From the NCBI GenBank assembly GCA_018263495.1, contig JAANXC010000038.1, positions 4 through 45,035 on the forward strand: a DNA stretch of 45,032 bases. Reading direction: 5' to 3'. Below are positions 1 to 8,154 of the stretch, one piece after another. The translations under genes were made by a program, and so were the position numbers. The stretch comes from Nitrososphaerota archaeon. Its GTDB lineage: Archaea > Thermoproteota > Nitrososphaeria > Nitrososphaerales > Nitrosopumilaceae. The notes below the pieces were generated by a model, which was not told where the DNA came from, ran no database searches, and saw nothing but the letters and a program-made list of their open reading frames with translations. How positions within the stretch are numbered: position 1 is the first letter of the stretch; the number at the start of each line of letters is the position of its first letter.

Positions 1-348
1 TATACTGACAAATGGCTTGTTGAGATTAAATCCAATCAGCTTAGCTATATCTACGGAACGCCCACCACCAATTCCAATAACCAGTTCGCTTTTGCTTTGG
101 CGTACTTTTTTTTCAATATCCTGTATTGTTTTTTGGTCATTTGTTTTAGCCAAATACCAATAACATTTAATTTTAGATGCAGTGAGGGACGCTTCAATTT
201 TCTTTTGAACTATTTTTTTAACATTGCTTCCTGAAACCAAGGAAATCTTTTTTGTTTTTTTTAATGAGTTTAGAAAACTTCCAATATTATCAATGTTTTT
301 TTCTCCGACAACAATTTGACGGGGTAGTTCCATTGTGTGTGCAGGCAT
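1..348 (-). CDS. egsA: sn-glycerol-1-phosphate dehydrogenase (5' part; runs off window start)
   Basis: Manual translation of minus strand from ATG at 348: MPAHTMELPRQIVVGEKNI...VIGIGGGRSVDIAKLIGFNLNKPFVSI. GIGGGRxxDxAK is the G1PDH/glycerol dehydrogenase motif. Not in ORF track because truncated. Confidence 0.9.
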   Translation of the reverse strand, partial: MPAHTMELPRQIVVGEKNIDNIGSFLNSLKKTKKISLVSGSNVKKIVQKKIEASLTASKIKCYWYLAKTNDQKTIQDIEKKVRQSKSELVIGIGGGRSVDIAKLIGFNLNKPFVSI

Positions 349-442
349 ATTTTTTTTCCCTTTCAAGTGCTTATTATTTGCCTCACAAAAGTTATTTAAA
401 GGGTGAAAACAACTTGAAAACATCTCAAGCGAGGTATATTCT

Positions 443-1075
443 ATGACTACGAATATTGAAGATAAAATATTACACGGTACAACTACAGTAGGGATAAAGG
501 CATCAGATGGTGTCGTACTATGTGCTGATATGAGGGCAAGCGCTGGATATTTTATTGCCAATAACAACACAATGAAGATACAAAAGATCTACGATCATGC
601 TGGCTTAACATTAGCTGGCGGGGTTGCAGATGCACAAAACCTAACAGACATTTTGAGATATCATGCAAATATACACGCTGTTCAAACAAACGAAAACATT
701 ACGATAAGATCACTAGCAAGACTCTGCTCTCTCGTATTTCATCAAAACAGAGGTTATCCATTTATTGCTGACATCTTGCTTGGTGGTTATGATCGTGACG
801 GACCCGAATTAATTAATATAGACCAGTTCGGCTCTGTGGAACAAAAATCCTATGTAACAACTGGAAGCGGTTCACCTGTTGCATATGGTCTTTTAGAAGA
901 TGAGTATCGTAATGATCTTACTCTTGAAGATGCAAAAGCAATTGCTCTTCGTGCAGTGAAGGCTGCTATTGTAAGAAACATTGGAACCGGTGATGGAATC
1001 AACATCGCAGCAATAGACAAAAATGGATTCCAACTTTTGACAAAGGAACAAAAAAAATCTATCATTTCGCTTTAG
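443..1075 (+). CDS. psmB: Proteasome beta subunit
   Basis: Short propeptide then HG|TTTVG with the N-terminal nucleophile Thr; ADMRAS, GGVADAQ and GSGS motifs. Confidence 0.97.
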   Translation: MTTNIEDKILHGTTTVGIKASDGVVLCADMRASAGYFIANNNTMKIQKIYDHAGLTLAGGVADAQNLTDILRYHANIHAVQTNENITIRSLARLCSLVFHQNRGYPFIADILLGGYDRDGPELINIDQFGSVEQKSYVTTGSGSPVAYGLLEDEYRNDLTLEDAKAIALRAVKAAIVRNIGTGDGINIAAIDKNGFQLLTKEQKKSIISL

Positions 1076-1082
1076 TGATTTA

Positions 1083-3017
1083 ATGCAAAAAAAGCAACAG
1101 CAGGAATTACCTAATAGCCAAAATATTATGGCAACCATACTGGCAAGTATACCCAAAGAAGCCAACGTGACCAAAATTGATTACGAGGGTCCACGATTTG
1201 CACTTTACACAAAAACCCCAAGATTCTTGATGGAAAATAACTCTATAATTTCAAATCTGGTTAAGGAGATCAAAAAGCGAATTGTAATTCGAATAGATGA
1301 ATCAATCAGAAAAAATGAAGACGATGTAAGGAAAATTCTTATCGAAAATGTACCAAAGGAGGCAAACCTACAGGCAATATTTTTTGATACTGCAACAGGC
1401 GAAGTCTCGATAGAGGTAAAACGTCCATGGCTTTGTCAGAGAAATGCTGAAGAGTTTAACCATGCTGAAATTGCTGAAAAAACAGGCTGGAAGCCACGTA
1501 TAAGAAAATCTACAACTAAACCATCAAACACAATCAAGTCGATAAACTACCAGCTTAAAATTTCATCATCTGATAGGGTAAAGCACCTCAAACAAGTTGG
1601 CGAACAAATTTTCAGACCGCGTCTTGCACAAAAATCTGAAGTATCACTGCTAACACTTGGAGGTTTTGGTCAGGTTGGTAGGTCATGCATGTTGTTAACC
1701 ACCCCTGACAGCAAAGTTTTGGTTGATTGTGGAATAAACCCTGGCGCACGCACTCCCAGAGAATCTTTTCCGCGTCTTGACTGGGCAAACATAACTCTTG
1801 ATGAACTAGACGCCGTGGTAATAGGTCATGCACATCTTGACCACTCGGGGTTTTTGCCAGTGCTGCTTAAGTATGGATATAAGGGCCCAATTTTCTGCAC
1901 GGAACCAACGCTTCCTATGATGAATCTCATACAGCTAGACGCAATCAAGGTTGCACTAGCTCAAGGAAGAACACCGATGTATGCAGACAGAGATGTCTTT
2001 CAAGTGATGAGACAGACGGTTACTATTCCTTATGGGGCAGTAACTGATATCTCACCAGACATCAAACTGGTACTGTCAAATGCTGGACATATTTTAGGTT
2101 CTGCAACGTGTCATTTTCACATAGGCAACGGCGAGCACAACTTTGTGTACACTGGTGATATCAAATATGGCAAAAGCATGCTTCTTGAAAGTGCCAACAC
2201 AAACTATCCACGGGTAGAAACCTTGCTTATCGAAAGCACATATGGTCTGAAAGAAGACATACAACCAGATAGACAGGAAGTTGAATCCGCATTCGTCGCC
2301 TCGGTCAATTCAGTTCTCAAAGAGGGAGGTAAGGTTCTCATTCCTATACCTGCAGTTGGGAGGGCACAAGAGCTTATGTTAGTTATCGATCAGTACATGA
2401 AATCTGGCGATCTTGTTGAAGCTCCAGTCTTTATGGAAGGAATGATACAGGAAGCTACTGCAATACATGAAGCTTTTCCAGAATATCTAGTAAGGGATCT
2501 CAAAAAGAAAATTTTAGAAACTGATGACAATCCATTTGATTCTGAATACTTTACAAACATTGAACATCAGGACGGGAGGGACGAAGCGTTACGAGACAAT
2601 TCGCCATGTATTATTATTGCAACATCTGGAATGCTTGAGGGTGGACCAGTTCTTGAGTACTTTAAGAACATTGCACCACACACAAAAAACAAGATCTTGT
2701 TTGTCTCCTATCAGGTGAATGGTACACTAGGCAGAAGGGTGATGGATGGAGCCAGACAAGTTTCAATATTGGGAAAAGATGGAAAAATTGAAGTTGTTTC
2801 GATAAACTGCGGTACAGAAAGACTTGATGGTTTTAGTGGACATAGCGACTACAATCAGCTTATGTCGTTTGTTCACAGACTACGACCTAAACTAAGACGC
2901 GTTCTTGTAAATCATGGTGAAAAGAGAAAATCGGAAAATCTGTCGATGTCAATACGTAGAATGTATAGAGTTTCGTCACATTATCCACAAGTTCAAGAAG
3001 CGATTAAATTATTTTAG
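1083..3017 (+). CDS. aCPSF1 (FttA) KH-domain beta-CASP ribonuclease / transcription termination factor
   Basis: N-terminal KH region (YEGP), GGFGQVGRSC, HAHLDHSG metallo-beta-lactamase motif, AGHILGS, FSGHSD, NHGE; conserved position after psmB. Confidence 0.96.
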   Translation: MQKKQQQELPNSQNIMATILASIPKEANVTKIDYEGPRFALYTKTPRFLMENNSIISNLVKEIKKRIVIRIDESIRKNEDDVRKILIENVPKEANLQAIFFDTATGEVSIEVKRPWLCQRNAEEFNHAEIAEKTGWKPRIRKSTTKPSNTIKSINYQLKISSSDRVKHLKQVGEQIFRPRLAQKSEVSLLTLGGFGQVGRSCMLLTTPDSKVLVDCGINPGARTPRESFPRLDWANITLDELDAVVIGHAHLDHSGFLPVLLKYGYKGPIFCTEPTLPMMNLIQLDAIKVALAQGRTPMYADRDVFQVMRQTVTIPYGAVTDISPDIKLVLSNAGHILGSATCHFHIGNGEHNFVYTGDIKYGKSMLLESANTNYPRVETLLIESTYGLKEDIQPDRQEVESAFVASVNSVLKEGGKVLIPIPAVGRAQELMLVIDQYMKSGDLVEAPVFMEGMIQEATAIHEAFPEYLVRDLKKKILETDDNPFDSEYFTNIEHQDGRDEALRDNSPCIIIATSGMLEGGPVLEYFKNIAPHTKNKILFVSYQVNGTLGRRVMDGARQVSILGKDGKIEVVSINCGTERLDGFSGHSDYNQLMSFVHRLRPKLRRVLVNHGEKRKSENLSMSIRRMYRVSSHYPQVQEAIKLF

Positions 3018-3287
3018 ATCGTAATCAGGCTTCCAAATTTTTATTCGTGGTGGAGTTACAACAATTCTTTCTTCACCAAGTCGTGCAATGTCTGCACCTG
3101 AATCTCTTGCGATTACATATAGCTCTTCTACAATCTTCCTCAGTTTCTCAACATCCTTGTGAGCAAGTGGTGTAACGCGGAGGATTAGGATCATACCTTT
3201 TTTGATATCCTCCTTGATTGTGTGGATATCACTAGGGTCTCTAATTGTAATTGCCTTTAGATATGTGGGATTTGCCTGCTTTTGCAT
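3009..3287 (-). CDS. sepF: Archaeal SepF-family protein
   Basis: 92 aa ending in the GADIARLGEERIVVTP signature of archaeal SepF (DUF552). Confidence 0.85.
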   Translation of the reverse strand: MQKQANPTYLKAITIRDPSDIHTIKEDIKKGMILILRVTPLAHKDVEKLRKIVEELYVIARDSGADIARLGEERIVVTPPRIKIWKPDYDLK

Positions 3288-3356
3288 CAGCTATCTTGCG
3301 ATCAGCTTCTCATAAAGTCTTTCTTATTTTTTTACTAGTAAATAGTAATTTGATGT

Positions 3357-4370
3357 CTAAATTCTCAATTTTATATATGAAGTTTCTTCGGCAGGCTTTG
3401 TAGAAATTTCTCTACCATCTTCGTTTTTGTGAACAAGAACAATACCAGTTTTGTTTTTTGGTGCGTCAGAGTAACGCAGTGTAACACTAGCTGAAAACTC
3501 TACATGTTTACCTATGCTGTCACCTCTTAACAAAACAGTTGGTCCAACATTTTCTTTATCTTCAAGCAAGATGTCATTCGGTAACGCCAGTACCTTGATC
3601 ATCTCGTTTTCATCTTTGTTTCTTCCAACAATCAGCTTTACATTTTTATCCAGCCTAAAATGCCTTCCAATTTTTAACAAGTCTATGTCGTTTGTTGTTG
3701 GTGTTTCAATATGTTTGAACAAATCTTTAGCTCTTAATGAGAATGCTGGGTCTGTCAGGAGACAACCTCCTCCTGCATTGGGTGGATCTTCAATACCAAA
3801 TTCTTTTGCCATTTGTAGCTGTTCTTTTCTTGAACGACCTCTTATCATGCCAAGGTCTTTTCTTTTTATCAAACCGTTCTTTTCAGGATCTGTGGCAGGT
3901 AGCAATCCAGCAGATAATGGTCTGACAATTTTACCTTCCAAGCCAGACAGCTTTTCAATTTTTTTTAATGCGGGTGCAAACTGACTCATAGGTCTTTGTC
4001 CAAGTACTTCACCTGAAATAATAAATTCTGCACCAATCTCTTCCATGTGTTTCTTACCAGCTTCAAACATCATTGCTCTGCAATCAATGCACGGATTCAT
4101 TCCAGAGCCAAAACCATACTTTGGATGTTTTAGCATCTCAATGTATTCGTCTCCAAGATAAACTGTTTTTAGATTAACTCCTAGATTTTCTGCCTTTCCT
4201 CTAATCTCAGAGCCACAACCTTTACCACAATCGAAATCACAAAACGGTGTCTTGATCGCAACTGCTGAAACTTCAAAGCCTTGCTTCTGCATTGTTTTTA
4301 CAGCAAGTGTACTATCTAATCCACCAGAAAGCAATGCAACAACTTTCTTTTTCCCTTGCTTTTCTGCCAT
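3357..4370 (-). CDS. ThiI/MnmA-like PP-loop tRNA thiolation protein with C-terminal DUF814/NFACT-R-like domain
   Basis: SGGLDS PP-loop, NPCIDCR, GEVLGQRPMSQ, GGGCLLTD, GRHFRL...IVGRN. Start moved to ATG 4370 (MAEKQ) from the ORF-track 4415. Confidence 0.8.
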   Translation of the reverse strand: MAEKQGKKKVVALLSGGLDSTLAVKTMQKQGFEVSAVAIKTPFCDFDCGKGCGSEIRGKAENLGVNLKTVYLGDEYIEMLKHPKYGFGSGMNPCIDCRAMMFEAGKKHMEEIGAEFIISGEVLGQRPMSQFAPALKKIEKLSGLEGKIVRPLSAGLLPATDPEKNGLIKRKDLGMIRGRSRKEQLQMAKEFGIEDPPNAGGGCLLTDPAFSLRAKDLFKHIETPTTNDIDLLKIGRHFRLDKNVKLIVGRNKDENEMIKVLALPNDILLEDKENVGPTVLLRGDSIGKHVEFSASVTLRYSDAPKNKTGIVLVHKNEDGREISTKPAEETSYIKLRI

Positions 4371-4442
4371 TAAACTTACAGAATAATATGCATATACAAA
4401 CTTTGCAACATACATAAATTCACAAAAACATCTTTTTGAACA

Positions 4443-5504
4443 ATGAAGGCACGCAGAAAAAGGCTGGAAAAATACTGCAACGCACTCAACTGTGATACTC
4501 TTGTGACGTTTGAACCTGAGAACCTATTCTATCTGACTGGCTTTTGGGGAGAGGCAATAGGCATTTTAGAAAAGGGCGGAAAAACCACGATTATTGCTCC
4601 AGAACTAGAGGCACAAAGGGCAAAGGAAGATTCAATCAACTGCAATGTTGTAACTTCGCAAAGGGGCGGTCTTGTATCTTCATTAGCTTCTACCATAAAG
4701 AAGAAAAAAATCTGCACCGATTGTCAGAACTATCCTGTAATGCAGTCATTAAAAAAATCAATTTCAAAACTAAAACAATCTTCTGATCCATTTTACAACT
4801 CACGCATAATCAAAGATTCCGAAGAGATTCGTATCTTGAAAAAAGCATCTTCTGTTATAGATGAGATGTTTGAGCTCTGCACCCAAACCATCAAGAAAGG
4901 CAGAACGGAATCGGAACTACAGACAATTTTGATGTCATTTGCAAACGCAAATGATCTATTTGATACTGGTTATCGTTCCACGTTGAATCCATTGATAATA
5001 GCTAGCGGTACAAATTCTTCACTTCCACATGCACAGGTTACCAAGAGAAAATTTGCAGATGGTGATATGATTACGGTAGATTTGACCTTGCGATACAAAG
5101 GATATGTGTCTGATGCAACCAGAACGTTTGGACTCGGTACCATCTCTAAGGAAAAAAGAACAGTTTACGAAATTGTAAAAGAATCGCAAAAAATCGGACT
5201 GAAAGCTGTGAGACCTCAAAAGACCTGCGCATCAGTGGATGATGCATGCAGAAAGATCATAGAAGAGCATAGCTACGGACCACATTTTATTCATTCAACT
5301 GGTCATGGAATAGGACTAGATGTTCATGAAAATCCGAGCATTTCTGGCAAAAGTAAGGAAAAGCTGAAAAAGGACATGGCAATCACAGTCGAGCCTGGCA
5401 TATACATACCAAAAAGGTTCGGCGTTCGCATCGAGGACTCGCTAATAGTAAAGGACAGAGCAGCTGTGATGCACAAGTTTACGAAAGACCTGATTGTAAT
5501 TTGA
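4443..5504 (+). CDS. Xaa-Pro aminopeptidase/prolidase (M24B)
   Basis: VDLT...GYVSDATRT, HSTGHGIGLDVHE, VEPGIY and GVRIED metal-ligand motifs. Confidence 0.95.
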   Translation: MKARRKRLEKYCNALNCDTLVTFEPENLFYLTGFWGEAIGILEKGGKTTIIAPELEAQRAKEDSINCNVVTSQRGGLVSSLASTIKKKKICTDCQNYPVMQSLKKSISKLKQSSDPFYNSRIIKDSEEIRILKKASSVIDEMFELCTQTIKKGRTESELQTILMSFANANDLFDTGYRSTLNPLIIASGTNSSLPHAQVTKRKFADGDMITVDLTLRYKGYVSDATRTFGLGTISKEKRTVYEIVKESQKIGLKAVRPQKTCASVDDACRKIIEEHSYGPHFIHSTGHGIGLDVHENPSISGKSKEKLKKDMAITVEPGIYIPKRFGVRIEDSLIVKDRAAVMHKFTKDLIVI

Positions 5505-5508
5505 TCAC

Positions 5509-5602
5509 TGTCTCCTAAAGTATCTTAAAACAATATCAACAGACCTCTTTTCTTTGCAGCGTCAAATTTCCAATGACAGAAATTAGGAGACATTAAGAGA
5601 CA
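5509..5602. repeat. 10-bp inverted repeat plus adjacent degenerate direct copy
   Basis: TGTCTCCTAA (5509-5518) is the exact reverse complement of TTAGGAGACA (5583-5592), which is followed by TTAAGAGACA (5593-5602). Confidence 0.6.
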
Positions 5603-5695
5603 TTGTTCTATGACATAAAAAGCAAAACCAAAACAGACTGGTTTGTCTATCTTTGTCGACTTTTTTCTACTTTAACAATTTTTTCTAGAGAAACC

Positions 5696-5974
5696 ATGAG
5701 CAACTGGTACGATCCGGACCATCTTTCTGATGGTAAAGTAAGAGACATCAGTGTACATGAAGAGCATCCTGACGATTGGGACTGTGAGATAGAGTTGAAT
5801 TGCCACAAGACAGAAAACAGTGGTCGCGTGTCAACTGTGTTTATGAGATATTTGCGTGATAAATATGGAGAAAACACAGCCGATAGAGCACTCAAACGCG
5901 CTCAGAAAAGAGAGCAGCGGGCGAGAGGAGAAGACATGCCAACTGTATCAACAGAAATGGCAGGCGTTTTCTAG
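5696..5974 (+). CDS. Hypothetical protein (92 aa)
   Basis: ATG 5696 (MSNWYDPDH...) is more plausible than TTG 5603; protein-like composition; no family recognised. Confidence 0.65.
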   Translation: MSNWYDPDHLSDGKVRDISVHEEHPDDWDCEIELNCHKTENSGRVSTVFMRYLRDKYGENTADRALKRAQKREQRARGEDMPTVSTEMAGVF

Positions 5975-6023
5975 GCAAAACACACTTTGCAAACTTCATA
6001 AAGCCAGAAAAATCTGGTAAATC

Positions 6024-6107
6024 ATGGCGTTACGAAAAAGGGGAAAGCATAAGAGATGGGCGGACCAAAAGGCTGATCGCAGAAAAAGCAAGCAGAAAAA
6101 ACGCTAG
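6024..6107 (+). CDS. Very basic 27-aa microprotein
   Basis: MALRKRGKHKRWADQKADRRKSKQKKR*, 14 of 27 residues Lys/Arg; TTCATAAA TATA-like box at 5995-6002 at leaderless spacing. Confidence 0.55.
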   Translation: MALRKRGKHKRWADQKADRRKSKQKKR

Positions 6108-6144
6108 TTAAAAAAATTATATAATTTGTAGAAGGTTGTTTTTT

Positions 6145-6291
6145 GTGGAAGTTGAAAGTTGTGAGAACTGTAAGGGCTGGCATAAAAATTTAGATTTGAA
6201 GGCACAAAAGTACGGCCAAAATTTTCCGCTAACAAGGAACCCGTTCAAGAAATGGCACGTTAATTGCAGATGTTCTTGCCATAAAAGCTAG
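6145..6291 (+). CDS. Small Cys/His-rich putative zinc-binding protein (48 aa)
   Basis: GTG start; MEVESCENCKGWH...WHVNCRCSCHKS*; TTATATAA box at 6117-6124 preceded by an A-run. Confidence 0.65.
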   Translation: MEVESCENCKGWHKNLDLKAQKYGQNFPLTRNPFKKWHVNCRCSCHKS

Positions 6292-6294
6292 GGT

Positions 6295-6735
6295 CTAGTT
6301 TCTTTCGATATCTGATTTTAGATTCTGCAATGATTTAGTGTAAAACTGCTTCAAGAATTTAGAAAACTCTAAAAACTCTTTTTTCTTTTTATTACTGATA
6401 AAGTAAGATTGCCATGTAACTTTGACCCTACCATCGCTTGTCTTTTTCATTGAGATAGTTGCTAAATATGCCAGTAACGGCAATCCCGTAATTGCAATGT
6501 AAGAAAAACCCTTTTTTGGAGACCACTCTACAATATGTTCTTCAACGTTAGAACCGTCTTCAAAAGAAATTAATCTTCTTGCACCCACACCATATTTTTT
6601 TTGTGTCAAAAATTTAGACGATTTTTGTTCTTCCAACCAATCTAGTTTTGTAATCTTGCTCAGTTTTTTCCAGACTGCTTCTACGCTGGCCTTAACCACT
6701 ACGCTTCTTTTTGCCGATCCCTCATGTTTTTCCAT
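6295..6735 (-). CDS. SRPBCC (START/polyketide-cyclase-like) family protein
   Basis: SVVVKASVEAVWKKL, GVGARRLI, VEEHIVEW...FSY, VKVTW and a C-terminal helix SLQNLKSDIE. Confidence 0.85.
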   Translation of the reverse strand: MEKHEGSAKRSVVVKASVEAVWKKLSKITKLDWLEEQKSSKFLTQKKYGVGARRLISFEDGSNVEEHIVEWSPKKGFSYIAITGLPLLAYLATISMKKTSDGRVKVTWQSYFISNKKKKEFLEFSKFLKQFYTKSLQNLKSDIERN

Positions 6736-6744
6736 ACCAAAACC

Positions 6745-7416
6745 TCATCGGTCTCCTATTTTACCAGTTTTGTACTCTTCAATCATCTCTTCCAGCTTCT
6801 TAACATACAGAGAAGGGTCATCCTTATGCACATCGAGTGCTCCGTCTTCGGTAACGGTAAGAATTACAATCTGATCAATCTTTTCGCCAGTACGCTCTTC
6901 CCAGGCAATAGAATAGAATGTAGCCTGCACAAGATAGTTCTCATTTATCTCATCACGCTTCCTTGACGCAGTCTTAAAATCAATGATGGATAGTTTACCA
7001 TCATACTCTGCTATACAGTCAACTGTTCCAGCTAGACGTAAACGTTTACTGTAAATTGCCTTTTCCAAAACTCTAATTTGATCAATTTTATCTAGTGACG
7101 GTATCATTAACTGAAAAAGACCTGCTGCTAGTACACCATGATTTCCAACAAGGTCAGTTTCGGGTTTGTTTGATAAACAATTTTCAATAAGTTTATGCAC
7201 TTTGTTTCCTCTAGTGGTGGCAGTTCTCATCACATGATCTGCAACATCATCGCCAACAGATTCTCTCCACGATAATATGCCATCAGGCGTGTAATTCTTC
7301 AAAAGTGATGTGATACTGATGAAAGTACCATCCGGTGTTTCATAGTGCCTTACATCATCAACCTTTATCTGCTTAATTTCAGGAATTTCTCTTTTAGGCA
7401 TATGTGTAAAAGTCAT
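6745..7416 (-). CDS. PD-(D/E)XK exonuclease, MGME1 / T4-like phage exonuclease type
   Basis: RHYETPDG, SITSLL, WRESVG, RGNKVH..IE, LAGTVDC, IIDFKT, YLVQATFY, WEERTG; complete catalytic set, no Cas4 Fe-S cysteine cluster. Confidence 0.88.
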   Translation of the reverse strand: MTFTHMPKREIPEIKQIKVDDVRHYETPDGTFISITSLLKNYTPDGILSWRESVGDDVADHVMRTATTRGNKVHKLIENCLSNKPETDLVGNHGVLAAGLFQLMIPSLDKIDQIRVLEKAIYSKRLRLAGTVDCIAEYDGKLSIIDFKTASRKRDEINENYLVQATFYSIAWEERTGEKIDQIVILTVTEDGALDVHKDDPSLYVKKLEEMIEEYKTGKIGDR

Positions 7417-7472
7417 GAATTACAAACTATGCCTACTAAACACTATTTTATTTCTTGGGCGTATTTTTTTTG

Positions 7473-7712
7473 ATGGCAAATCAAGTTCTAGTCCATGTAA
7501 AGACATCAAAAGGAACATGGGAAACCACGTTTCAGAAATCAACCAGAATAAAGGATGTGATACTTGGTTCAAGGATGCATTTTAGATTACCAAAAGAGAC
7601 CAATCTTGTTTTATGTAGACAAGAGTTACCCCATGTAGACTTCGATCCAGACAGAGCACTGGTAAACTATAACATAATTGACGGTGAAATCTTGATTCTA
7701 AAGGAATTATGA
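7473..7712 (+). CDS. Ubiquitin-like (beta-grasp) protein without C-terminal Gly-Gly
   Basis: ATG 7473, 79 aa. VHVKTSKG, STRIKDV and DRALVNYNIIDGEILIL align by eye with ubiquitin IFVKTLTG, SDTIENV and GRTLSDYNIQKESTLHL. Confidence 0.7.
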   Translation: MANQVLVHVKTSKGTWETTFQKSTRIKDVILGSRMHFRLPKETNLVLCRQELPHVDFDPDRALVNYNIIDGEILILKEL

Positions 7713-7745
7713 TGGCATTAAATACTTTGAATGTAACTTAGAATT

Positions 7746-7985
7746 ATGGCACAAGCATATGTTTTACTGAATTGTGAATTGGGTGCTGAAGAAGAAATAA
7801 TTGGTAAACTGAAGGAACTTGAAAACGTCAAGGAAGTGCATGGAACTTTTGGTGCTTACGATATAACTGCAAAGCTTGAGGCGGAAACAGTCGAAAAGCT
7901 TAGAGAAACCATCACACAAAATCTTAGGAAGATGGACAAAATACGTTCAACCCTAACGCTAACAGTAGTGGAAGGACAGGGATAA
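7746..7985 (+). CDS. Stand-alone Lrp/AsnC ligand-binding (RAM) domain protein
   Basis: AYVLLNCELG...VHGTFGAYDI..K...IRSTLTL; no HTH; family is expanded in AOA. Confidence 0.92.
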   Translation: MAQAYVLLNCELGAEEEIIGKLKELENVKEVHGTFGAYDITAKLEAETVEKLRETITQNLRKMDKIRSTLTLTVVEGQG

Positions 7986-8061
7986 CAACTATCTTACATT
8001 GTTAAATATCATGATATAGTATTGTACATGCCGATGGCTGACAAAGCTAACGACTAAAAGA

Positions 8062-8154
8062 GTGTGGCCTCGCAAAACAAAAAAAAATCAAAGCTTTCAC
8101 AGTAAAGCAATTGGAGGTAGTCTCCAAAAGACGTTTTGCCTGAAGGGGTCACAC
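8062..8154 (+). ncRNA. Candidate structured non-coding RNA (multi-branch fold)
   Basis: Nested helices 8062-8071/8145-8154 (two G-U pairs) and 8072-8078/8133-8139, with hairpins 8093-8108 and 8111-8127. TTAAATA TATA-like box at 8002-8008. Confidence 0.5.

Noticed and set aside
252-446. 64-aa + strand ORF
   Set aside because: Overlaps egsA on the opposite strand and the divergent promoter region.
3514-3984. 156-aa antisense ORF, and similar ones at 14019, 15534, 19048, 25209, 31766 and within the ATPase genes
   Set aside because: Shadow frames opposite well-supported genes, with no recognisable motifs.
443-7712. Functional ubiquitin-proteasome operon linking psmB with the Ubl
   Set aside because: They are over 6 kb apart with unrelated genes between, no E1/E2/E3/JAB is present, and the Ubl lacks Gly-Gly.
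8028-8154. tmRNA-like element (the micro-ORF ends in AND, like a tag start)
   Set aside because: Too short, no tRNA-like domain, AND is followed immediately by a stop, and tmRNA is not known in archaea.
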